Below, piece after piece: positions 49,792 to 58,504 of a stretch of DNA of 64,000 bases. The translations under genes and the position numbers were made by a program. Under the pieces are notes generated by a model. That model worked only from the letters and a program-made list of their open reading frames with translations, made no database searches and had not been told where the DNA came from. The stretch's first letter is position 1, and the number at the start of each line of letters is the position of its first letter. This DNA comes from Candidatus Komeilibacteria bacterium (GTDB lineage: Bacteria > Patescibacteriota > Patescibacteriia > UBA1558). The stretch spans positions 521,015 through 585,014 of the forward strand of contig JBLYPX010000001.1 of NCBI GenBank assembly GCA_048538235.1. Reading direction: 5' to 3'.

Positions 49792-49798
49792 TTTGTTT

Positions 49799-51196
49799 TT
49801 ATTTTAATTTATTACTTAAATACTCTTCTAAATCTTTTATCTTTATTCTTTCTTGTTCCATAGTATCTCTATCTCTAACTGTAACTGCATTATCTTCTAA
49901 ACTATCAAAATCTACTGTTATGCAAAATGGAGTACCAATTTCATCTTGTCTTCTATACCTCTTACCAATAGATGCTGTTTCATCATACGTACAAACAAAT
50001 TTAGAACTTAAATCTGTTTGAATTTTCTTGGCCAGCGGTGTTAAAGTTTCTTTTTTAGACAATGGTAAAATAGCTACTTTGATTGGTGCTAGGAAGTAAG
50101 GAAGTTTTAACATCACTTCTACATCTTTAATTGCATCTGTTGTTGTAGATCTACCACCTTCTATTTCTGTATAGGCTTCTAATAAACAAGCAAGCACGGA
50201 ACGATCTACGCCAAGTGATGGCTCAATAACATGAGGTATATATTTCTCTTTAGTTATAGGATCTACATAATCCATATCCTGACCAGAAAACTTTGCATGC
50301 TGTGTTAAGTCATAATCTGTTCTATAAGCAAGTCCATATAACTCTTTTTGACCGAATGGATATTTATACTCAAAATCTACAGTTCTCTTTGAATAAAAAG
50401 CTCTATCTTTTTCATCTATTTCTACTTTTGTATAATTTTCTTTCTTAAGACCAATGAGTTCACACCAATTATCCATAACATGTAGCCATTCTTCAAAATG
50501 TTTTTCCCAATCCTTTGGATTAATAAAATATTCTACTTCTAACTGTTCAAACTCACGCATTCTAAAGATAAAGTTTTCAGTTGTTATTTCATTTCTAAAA
50601 GCTTTACCTATCTGTCCCATTCCAAAAGGAACACGCATACGCATGGTGTCCACAACATTCTTAAAATTCACAAACATACCACCAGCTGTTTCTGGTCTTA
50701 AATACACTTCTGAACCTTCGTCTTCAACTGGACCCATATGTGTTTTAAACATAAGGTTAAAATTACGAGCTTCAGTTAATTCTCCACCACATTCTGGACA
50801 TTTAATATCTTTAATATCTTTTGGCTTAGCTTTATCATACTCAGGACTTAAAGAGTCTGCTTCTAATAAATGGTCTGCTCTATATCTTTTCTTACATTTC
50901 TTACAATCAACTAATGGGTCAGAAAAGTTCTGAATATGACCACTTGCTTCCCAAACCTTAGGATGCATAATTATAGCAGCATCCATACCAACCATATCTG
51001 GTCTATCTGATACAAACATCTTCCACCAAGCCTTTTTGATATTATTTTTCAGCTCAACTCCCAATGGACCGTAGTCATAAGCAGCTGATAATCCTCCATA
51101 AATTTCAGAAGACTGAAAAATAAAGCCTCTTCGCTTTAGCAAGGAGACAAGTTTTTCCATCTTTTCTGCACTGTTATTCTTATCTGTTTTAGCCAT
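49799..51196 (-). CDS. glyQS: glycyl-tRNA synthetase (dimeric class II GlyQS type)
   Basis: LVSLLKRRGFIFQSSEIYGG N-terminus and class II motifs. The track start at 51229 is a TTG, so the ATG at 51196 (MAKTDK) is preferred. Confidence 0.9.
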   Translation of the reverse strand: MAKTDKNNSAEKMEKLVSLLKRRGFIFQSSEIYGGLSAAYDYGPLGVELKNNIKKAWWKMFVSDRPDMVGMDAAIIMHPKVWEASGHIQNFSDPLVDCKKCKKRYRADHLLEADSLSPEYDKAKPKDIKDIKCPECGGELTEARNFNLMFKTHMGPVEDEGSEVYLRPETAGGMFVNFKNVVDTMRMRVPFGMGQIGKAFRNEITTENFIFRMREFEQLEVEYFINPKDWEKHFEEWLHVMDNWCELIGLKKENYTKVEIDEKDRAFYSKRTVDFEYKYPFGQKELYGLAYRTDYDLTQHAKFSGQDMDYVDPITKEKYIPHVIEPSLGVDRSVLACLLEAYTEIEGGRSTTTDAIKDVEVMLKLPYFLAPIKVAILPLSKKETLTPLAKKIQTDLSSKFVCTYDETASIGKRYRRQDEIGTPFCITVDFDSLEDNAVTVRDRDTMEQERIKIKDLEEYLSNKLK

Positions 51197-51274
51197 ATTT
51201 TTTCTTAATTTTATTGTATTTACTACCAAATTATACTGGATTTAAGCCATTTTAGCAAATATATCATATAATAG

Positions 51275-51297
51275 CAAAAACCCCCTATTTGGGGGTT
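51275..51297 (-). terminator. rho-independent terminator after the Clp ATPase gene
   Basis: aaccccc-tattt-gggggtt followed on the minus strand by uuuuug. Confidence 0.55.
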
Positions 51298-51318
51298 TAT
51301 ATAATTAATATATACATT

Positions 51319-53928
51319 CTATATTCTACTTGCCTTATCTACCCGTATTTTATCTGCTGTTTCTAAAACAACCTTATCTCTTCTGTCTATTTTGCCTGTA
51401 AGTAAGAAATTAGCGAGTGCATTTTCAACCTTTTCTTGTATTACTCTTCTTAAAGGTCTGGCACCAAATTTAGGATCATAGCCAAGTGCTGCTAATTCTT
51501 TTACAGCTATATCTGTTGCTTCTAAAAATATTCCTTTAGCTTCCAATCTCTTAGTTTCTTTCTTTAATAGCAATAACGCTATCTGCTCAATATGTTCCTG
51601 GGTTAATGGTTTGAATATTATTATATTGTCAAATCTATTTAAAAACTCTGGTCTAAATGAAGTTCTTAGCTCTGTTTCAAGTAGTGCTTCTTTAATTGCT
51701 TCTGCTGTTGCTCCTGCTTTAGTCTGATCCTGAATATAGTTTGTGCCAGCATTAGATGTCATTATTAAAATAAGGTTTGTAAAATCTACAGTTCTGCCAG
51801 TAACATCTGTCATACGACCATCTTCCATTACTTGTAAAAATACATTCAAAATATCTGGGTGAGCTTTTTCAATTTCATCAAGAAGTAATATTGAGTGCGG
51901 ATCTTGTCTAACTGCATTGGTTAAAACACCACCAGTATCTCCACCAGGTGTACCTAATAGTCTTTGTAGGCTATTCTTCTCTTGGTATTCAGACATATCC
52001 AGTCTAATCATCTTCTTCTCATCACCAAAGTAAACTTCAGCTACAGTTTTAGCAAGTTCTGTTTTACCAACCCCAGTTGGTCCCATAAATAGTAAATTAA
52101 CAATAGGCCTCTTTAAATCTCTTAAATCTGCCCTAGCTCTTCTTAAAGCACCAGCTACAGCTGAAACAGCCTCTACTTGATTAATAATTCTCTGATGAAT
52201 TAATTCTTCAATATTTATTAACTTATCTGATTCATCACGAGTTACTTGTGTAATTGGTACTTCTGCTTTTTCTGCAATCAATGCTGCCACATCTTCTTTA
52301 TTAACCATCTGATTCTTACCACGCTTATTTTTAACTCTCACACCAACCTCTTCAACAATATCTATTGCTTTAGAAGGAAGATATCTGTCGTGCATATATC
52401 TTTCAGATAATTCAACTGCAGCTGCTAATGCATCATATGTAAAAAATACTTGGTTTTTACTTTCTACCCTACCAATATTTGCAGCTAGTATTTGAATAGC
52501 CTGGTTTGTTTCTGGCTCATTAATTTCAATCTTTGTTAAATTGTTAGCAAATGAACTATTCTCAATATATTTTACATAATCATGGGGTGTTGTAGAGGTA
52601 ACAACATATACTCCTTGTTTAATTAAACTTTCAGTTAATATATCTGCCAAATCTACATTAGAGCGTCCAACTGAAGATACGCCTACTAAATTATGTATAT
52701 TGTTAATGTATAGAACAATATTACCAGCACGAGACACCTCATTAATAATATGCATCACTCTACCCTCTAGTTCACCTTCATGAGTTGTATCTGCTACTAA
52801 TCTAGATAATTGTAAAGATACCATTCTTTTATCCTGTAAAAACTCTGGTACTTCTTCTGCCACCATTCTATTTGCAAGCCCTTCAATAATGGTATCTACG
52901 CCCACACCCGGATTACCAACTAGAACAGGAGTGCCTCCACCCTCTAAAACACTGTACAGATCTGTAAACTCTTTATCTCTAGCTACACACAAACCAAAGT
53001 ATCCAGCTTTTGCTAGCATTGTAAAATCTTCAGAAAAACTATCTAGTACTGGCGTAGCAATAGCTGTCATTGCTTTATCCATTGAACCTTTTGGTTTAAA
53101 TCCAGCCTTGTATCTAAATCTGTCATATCTTTCTTGCAAGGTTTGTTGAATTCTAATCCAAGCAACAGCGTTTAAAATTTTATCTTCTGTGATTGCAAAG
53201 TCAAAAAGCAATTCCTTTACCTTTTCATCTACATTAACAATAGCTTCTAAAAGTTCTGCTACTTCCACCTGCTGCCTTTGTTTTTCATATGCTAAAGCAT
53301 AACTCTTCATAACCACTTCCATGGCATTAGCATCCAAATTTAATTTACCAGCCTTTGTAACAATACCATCGTCTTTAATAATACTAGCAACAGTTTCAGA
53401 TAATCTTTTTACGGAAACGCCTAATCTACCCATGATTGTAATAACGCTATCGTTTTGTAATAGAGATAAAAATATGTGAATTGGTTGAATAGCACTATCG
53501 CCATCTCCGGCAGCAATAAAGTATGACTTCTCAATTACCTTTAAAGCATCTTTAGAAAATGCATTATTAATGTATGTATATTTCTGTTTTTTAATTCTAT
53601 TAATATCTCCTTTACGCAAAACTGAATACTTACCAACTTTTTTACTCTTTTGCCAATAACTTAAAAACATAGCAGCTAATACTGCCCACCACAAAACATG
53701 AGTCCATTCACCTTGCCAAGAAGCAGCTGTGAACATATCTGTATTAGATTCGTAAATAGAATAAACATTATAACCAAAGAAAGTAGCGCCTGCTAAAATT
53801 GCTAAAATTAAAGCAGCAATAATAATCACATTTACTACTCTTCTAAATCTATCTACCAAAACAGATGCGTGGGAAAAACTTTTACCCCAAACAAGTTTCT
53901 GTCCTTCAATTAATAATTCTTTATCCAT
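51319..53928 (-). CDS. membrane-anchored two-ring Clp/Hsp100 AAA+ ATPase (ClpC/ClpB-like) with a degenerate first nucleotide-binding domain
   Basis: Two N-terminal TM helices, Clp-N repeats, D1 with Walker A GNPGVGVDT (Lys lost) and Walker B YINNIH (DE to NN), then an intact D2 (GPTGVGKT, LLLDEIEKAH, GARPLRR). Confidence 0.85.
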   Translation of the reverse strand: MDKELLIEGQKLVWGKSFSHASVLVDRFRRVVNVIIIAALILAILAGATFFGYNVYSIYESNTDMFTAASWQGEWTHVLWWAVLAAMFLSYWQKSKKVGKYSVLRKGDINRIKKQKYTYINNAFSKDALKVIEKSYFIAAGDGDSAIQPIHIFLSLLQNDSVITIMGRLGVSVKRLSETVASIIKDDGIVTKAGKLNLDANAMEVVMKSYALAYEKQRQQVEVAELLEAIVNVDEKVKELLFDFAITEDKILNAVAWIRIQQTLQERYDRFRYKAGFKPKGSMDKAMTAIATPVLDSFSEDFTMLAKAGYFGLCVARDKEFTDLYSVLEGGGTPVLVGNPGVGVDTIIEGLANRMVAEEVPEFLQDKRMVSLQLSRLVADTTHEGELEGRVMHIINEVSRAGNIVLYINNIHNLVGVSSVGRSNVDLADILTESLIKQGVYVVTSTTPHDYVKYIENSSFANNLTKIEINEPETNQAIQILAANIGRVESKNQVFFTYDALAAAVELSERYMHDRYLPSKAIDIVEEVGVRVKNKRGKNQMVNKEDVAALIAEKAEVPITQVTRDESDKLINIEELIHQRIINQVEAVSAVAGALRRARADLRDLKRPIVNLLFMGPTGVGKTELAKTVAEVYFGDEKKMIRLDMSEYQEKNSLQRLLGTPGGDTGGVLTNAVRQDPHSILLLDEIEKAHPDILNVFLQVMEDGRMTDVTGRTVDFTNLILIMTSNAGTNYIQDQTKAGATAEAIKEALLETELRTSFRPEFLNRFDNIIIFKPLTQEHIEQIALLLLKKETKRLEAKGIFLEATDIAVKELAALGYDPKFGARPLRRVIQEKVENALANFLLTGKIDRRDKVVLETADKIRVDKASRI

Positions 53929-54289
53929 TGATAATAAATAATTGGTAAACTACCAATACTGGTAAGATTATATATACAAACAAAACTGCAGTCATAACAA
54001 TAAGCCACACGAGCATTAAAAATATATTCCAGATCAACTGAGCTGTTCTCATTATGAAACTAATTATTTTACCCTGCCAATCTCTTTGACCGTACATTGG
54101 CTTAAACCAATACTTGAATAATATTTTTAAAGCCAATCTTTGAGCACCAGCCCGTAAAGATTTAAAGTAAAATTTCAAAGCTAAAACAAGACCAGCTGAA
54201 TACCACCAAATAGGAAAATATATAATATCTCTTAATAAATCTATTAAGATTATCTTCGCTGTATAATATATGTCTTGTTTGCTAATCAT
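53921..54289 (-). CDS. hypothetical small membrane protein
   Basis: 122 aa with three TM helices. Confidence 0.4.
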   Translation of the reverse strand: MISKQDIYYTAKIILIDLLRDIIYFPIWWYSAGLVLALKFYFKSLRAGAQRLALKILFKYWFKPMYGQRDWQGKIISFIMRTAQLIWNIFLMLVWLIVMTAVLFVYIILPVLVVYQLFIING

Positions 54290-54314
54290 AGGTAAATTAT
54301 ACCATTTTTTAGGC

Positions 54315-55454
54315 TTAAAGAGTATTTTCCTTAATACTTTTACGTATTCTTTTCATTAAGTTTAAATAAAACTCAATATTATTAAGAGTAGCTAGTCTAA
54401 TAGCCAATGGTTCTTGCGTTTTAAACAAATGGTGTAAATATGCAAAACTATACTCTCTTAATTCTTTTATCTTTGAATCTTTGTTAATAGGTTTAAAATC
54501 TTTACTAAATTTACTATTAGAAATATTTATTGTTTTATAGAATTTACCTTTAATACTTTTATTATTGTATAAATATAATCTTCCGTGTCTTGCTTCTCTG
54601 GTTGGAATAACGCAATCAAACATATCTACACCTCTTTTAACAGCTTCAATAATATTGTCTGGGTAACCAACCCCCATTAAATACCTTGGCTTATCTTCTG
54701 GCAGTTCAGGAGTAGTATAGTCTAATACTTTATACATATCCTCTGACTTTTCACCAACAGCCAGTCCACCAATTGCATAACCATCAAAATTTAATTCTTT
54801 TAACTCACTAGCAGATTTTAATCTTAAGTCTTTATATAGTGATCCTTGTACAATACCGAATAATAAATTATTTATCTTATATTTTTTCTTAGCATCTAAA
54901 GATTGCTTAGCCCATTTAGTTGTTCTATTAACCGCTATACTTGCCTTTTCCTTTGTAGAAGGATTGCCCACACATTCATCTAAGACCATCATAATATCAG
55001 AACCAATAGTAGCTTGTATTTTAATAACTTTATCTGGTGTAAACATATGTTTAGAACCATCTAAATATGATCTAAACTCTACTCCCTTGTCTGTTATCTT
55101 TCTATCTACTTTAACATTATCTTTTTTGACTCCTTGTCTATTTAAGCTAGCATCAAGTGAAAACACTTGGAAACCACCAGAGTCTGTTAAGATGGGGCCG
55201 TTCCAATTCATAAACTTATGTAGTCCTTTACTACTTTTCATAATGTTCATGCCGGGTCTTAAGTATAGATGATAGGTGTTAGATAGAATTATCTGTGACT
55301 CTAATTCCTTCATATCTGCAGTAGTTAAACTTTTAATAGCAGCCTTTGTTGCTATTGGCATAAAAAATGGCGTCTTAATAGTGCCATGCTTTGTTTTTAA
55401 ACTACCAAGTCTAGCTTTTGTTTTTTTAGATTGTTTTAATAATTTAAAACTCAT
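54315..55454 (-). CDS. tgt: queuine tRNA-ribosyltransferase
   Basis: 379 aa TIM-barrel with catalytic Asp context, LMGVGYP motif and a C-terminal zinc site (CVIPTR...H). Confidence 0.9.
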   Translation of the reverse strand: MSFKLLKQSKKTKARLGSLKTKHGTIKTPFFMPIATKAAIKSLTTADMKELESQIILSNTYHLYLRPGMNIMKSSKGLHKFMNWNGPILTDSGGFQVFSLDASLNRQGVKKDNVKVDRKITDKGVEFRSYLDGSKHMFTPDKVIKIQATIGSDIMMVLDECVGNPSTKEKASIAVNRTTKWAKQSLDAKKKYKINNLLFGIVQGSLYKDLRLKSASELKELNFDGYAIGGLAVGEKSEDMYKVLDYTTPELPEDKPRYLMGVGYPDNIIEAVKRGVDMFDCVIPTREARHGRLYLYNNKSIKGKFYKTINISNSKFSKDFKPINKDSKIKELREYSFAYLHHLFKTQEPLAIRLATLNNIEFYLNLMKRIRKSIKENTL

Positions 55455-55993
55455 AGAAAATTATATACGAACTTTATAGCCCAAATTCCATAACCAATAA
55501 ATGAAATGCCTACATAGAAATATTGTAATAGTTTAGACAGTCTATACTTGTTATGAAAAGCTGCCTTAACAAAAGTTAATAATATTAAAAATATTCTTAA
55601 ATTAATTAAGAAGTATAAGGAAGTTAAGAATGGCCATTGCCAAGTAAACAATAAGAAAACTGGAATAGAAAATAGTTTATCTGTAATAGGATCAAAATAT
55701 ATTCCAAACATAGAAATCTTATCTTTAAACCTAGCCACAGCTCCATCCCAATAATCTGTAAATGGACCAAGAAAAATAATAATACCAACTATCCACCAGT
55801 GTAATGATTCCCAAATAAAATATGGGTCGGTGGCTTTTAACCACAGATATACTAAAGGAATAATTAAAAGAAACCTAATAAAAGTAATAATATTAGGTGT
55901 TAACCAATTTGGTGTAATATTTACTAATGGCTTAAATATTCTATCTTTACCATCTCTAAGCCTTACGTAAAATTTAATTTCATCTAATAACAT
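55451..55993 (-). CDS. CDP-alcohol phosphatidyltransferase family protein
   Basis: Signature D-x2-DG-x2-AR-x8-G-x3-D-x3-D present as DYWDGAVARFKDKISMFGIYFDPITD. Confidence 0.65.
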   Translation of the reverse strand: MLLDEIKFYVRLRDGKDRIFKPLVNITPNWLTPNIITFIRFLLIIPLVYLWLKATDPYFIWESLHWWIVGIIIFLGPFTDYWDGAVARFKDKISMFGIYFDPITDKLFSIPVFLLFTWQWPFLTSLYFLINLRIFLILLTFVKAAFHNKYRLSKLLQYFYVGISFIGYGIWAIKFVYNFL

Positions 55994-55995
55994 AT

Positions 55996-57774
55996 TTATT
56001 CAACTACCCTTGCTTTATCCTGAGCTAAAGTATCGTGTATTAAATTTGTGTCTAGCATACTAATCTGTTTTGTAATCTTTTCACCCGTTTCTCTATTAGT
56101 TGCTGTCAAAGTCATTGGATTTAGTAATATTAAAATTTGACCAACCTGAGATTTATCTGGTGTTATAGAAATTTTAAAACTACCAGACAATTCCTCTTCT
56201 GCATTTAAAGCACTACTATCTATTAATAACTCTTTTTTACTACTATTAAAACTAGCCGCATAACCAGTTTGCTCATTTACCCAATTAGAATATGGTGGCA
56301 AAGTTGTTTTTAAACTAATATCTGAATAATTATCTAGCCCAGCCGCTAAACTCCATTCAATATTATATGTTGTTGTTTTATTAACTGTTGGTGGTAAAGG
56401 ACCACTACCAATTGCCGTGCCATCACTATCATAATATTTAGCTTGAGCTGTAAAACCAAAACTTTGACCAATACGAGTTCTTAATATATCTGAGGCTGTA
56501 ATAAATTCTTCATTTCCAACTTTTGTTATTACTTTAGCTACTGAAGATATTAATAATTGACTATCTGCTAAAGTAGCGGCATCAATAGGTTCTGTTTGTA
56601 GTTTAGCGCCAATTTTTAATCTAATTTCTTCACCCTGTTTTAAGCCAGCCAACTTACTACCTATCTTAGGATGATCTTTTGTCCATATTATTTTATTACC
56701 ATCTCTCGCCAGTCCAGTTGTATCTTGCCATGATTGCCAATTAATAAAATTAGTATCAAAGATAAGAACTAACTCTAAATCATCTGGAACATATTCACCT
56801 TCATTCTTTACCACTAGTTCATAATTAACAATCTCACCCCAATCTACTGTGGTCGATTCTGTATCTGCAAAAGATAAGCTAACAGATAAATTTGGATTAA
56901 TAATATTTATTGGTAAATCATTTGTATCCAATAATTTATTTACTCCATCTATTTCTTCAAATAACTCTGTAGAAAAAGATAGCTTATCTACATCTATACC
57001 AGGAGATAATTCTCCCATGATTATTATAATCTGCTCCTCTTCTGGTTCTAAACTTAATATCTCCCATTGATGTTTGGAAATTGTTGGTTCAGGGTCGGTT
57101 GCTAAAACACTAAATTGATCTGGCATATTAAATGATAAAATTAATGGCTGCCAAGTAGTAGTTTGTTTATTTAAAACATGTACCCTAAACTGAACTTGTT
57201 GAGCAGGAATAGCCTCTACTGGATAATCTACCCACATGTCTACCTTAACATTAGTCAATTCTTGAGTGAAATACTCTTCCTGAGTAAAGGTTGATGAAAA
57301 ATTAGCAGGCTCATAAGCAAGTACAGCCTTTACTGTCTTTTGATCACCCACATCTCCAATAATTCTACCCCTAACTTCTATATTGGAAGCAAAACCTGGT
57401 TGCAAATCATCCATCTCCCAATAATTCTGCCCCTCATTCAAAGGTTCAATTGAAGAGCTCTCATATGTAAAACCTCTCGGATATGTTAAAGATAAACTTA
57501 ATTTAGTTAAATCTGTTTCATCTATATTCTGATAAAATATTTTATACACCACTTCTTCTCCAGAAGTTATGTTTTCCTCTGTATCTATTCTAAGTATGGC
57601 TGATGTATTATTTTGTTGTCTTTCTTGTATACCAAAATATATAGATAAGCCAAGGCTGATTACTAACATTACAAACAAAAACAAAACTAATCTCTTTTTA
57701 ATTCTTCGCTTTCTTAATAAATTATCTGGCCTTGAAAAACTAATTTCAATGGCTCTTCTTTTTTTAGCTACCAT
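55996..57774 (-). CDS. hypothetical large surface protein with an N-terminal TM anchor and repeated beta-rich modules (DUF11/CARDB-like)
   Basis: 592 aa with about four repeats of roughly 120 aa and recurring patterns (L.L.Y..G...E..S; W.I..L..GE). Confidence 0.45.
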   Translation of the reverse strand: MVAKKRRAIEISFSRPDNLLRKRRIKKRLVLFLFVMLVISLGLSIYFGIQERQQNNTSAILRIDTEENITSGEEVVYKIFYQNIDETDLTKLSLSLTYPRGFTYESSSIEPLNEGQNYWEMDDLQPGFASNIEVRGRIIGDVGDQKTVKAVLAYEPANFSSTFTQEEYFTQELTNVKVDMWVDYPVEAIPAQQVQFRVHVLNKQTTTWQPLILSFNMPDQFSVLATDPEPTISKHQWEILSLEPEEEQIIIIMGELSPGIDVDKLSFSTELFEEIDGVNKLLDTNDLPINIINPNLSVSLSFADTESTTVDWGEIVNYELVVKNEGEYVPDDLELVLIFDTNFINWQSWQDTTGLARDGNKIIWTKDHPKIGSKLAGLKQGEEIRLKIGAKLQTEPIDAATLADSQLLISSVAKVITKVGNEEFITASDILRTRIGQSFGFTAQAKYYDSDGTAIGSGPLPPTVNKTTTYNIEWSLAAGLDNYSDISLKTTLPPYSNWVNEQTGYAASFNSSKKELLIDSSALNAEEELSGSFKISITPDKSQVGQILILLNPMTLTATNRETGEKITKQISMLDTNLIHDTLAQDKARVVE

Positions 57775-58504
57775 ATATTTGTTTAATATCTGTTAATTCC
57801 CTATTCACTTGGTAAAAATAATACTTACTAATTAGTGCATGTAAACTTATAAATGCTTTTTCTGACTGCTTTACTTTAACAAGCCAGTCTCTTTTCTCTT
57901 CCCAAGCTATCTTCTTACTAAGCATGAATTCAAATAGCTTTATTAAATTCTTATCTACATCTATAGACGAATCTTCTAATAATTCTTTACCAATTAATGA
58001 TGCAGTGTGGAACGAAAACTTCTCAGCTTTATGCCCTAAAGATAAATTAGGTTCAAAACCGGCAATAGATAAAAGGTTTATTGTAAATAGATCAGATAAT
58101 CTTTGTTTTTGCCAAACCTTTAATTCCGTATTATCTAAATCTGTTAAAAACCTATCTAATAGATTAAATGTTTCTTCACTACCGTGTTCGTCAAAAATTA
58201 AATCATTAGTAGCAGCCAGTGCAGATATTTTTAATATCGCTGTTTCCAATTCTAGATTAATATTTCTATAGCTTTTAATAGTGTCTACACCTGCCAAATG
58301 AACTGTAGCTTTGCCAGGAGCAAGCATTACATCACACATTGTACCTGGTTCTAAATGACCTGCTAATTTACTTTTAGAACTGGCTGCAGACCTTGCCAGA
58401 ACATCTATCCTACCACTGTCTTTACAAAATAATGTATACCAACGGTTTCCCTTCCTTAAAGTTTTTTTTCTTAAAACAATAGCTGTTTGTTTTATATATG
58501 CCAT
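57764..58504 (-). CDS. recO: DNA repair protein RecO (probable)
   Basis: 246 aa with N-terminal OB-fold-like segment (AIVLRKKTLRKGNRWYTLFCKDSGRIDVLAR). Confidence 0.55.
   Translation of the reverse strand: MAYIKQTAIVLRKKTLRKGNRWYTLFCKDSGRIDVLARSAASSKSKLAGHLEPGTMCDVMLAPGKATVHLAGVDTIKSYRNINLELETAILKISALAATNDLIFDEHGSEETFNLLDRFLTDLDNTELKVWQKQRLSDLFTINLLSIAGFEPNLSLGHKAEKFSFHTASLIGKELLEDSSIDVDKNLIKLFEFMLSKKIAWEEKRDWLVKVKQSEKAFISLHALISKYYFYQVNRELTDIKQIYGS

Noticed and set aside
50454-50933. 159 aa plus-strand ORF
   Set aside because: Antisense within glyQS.
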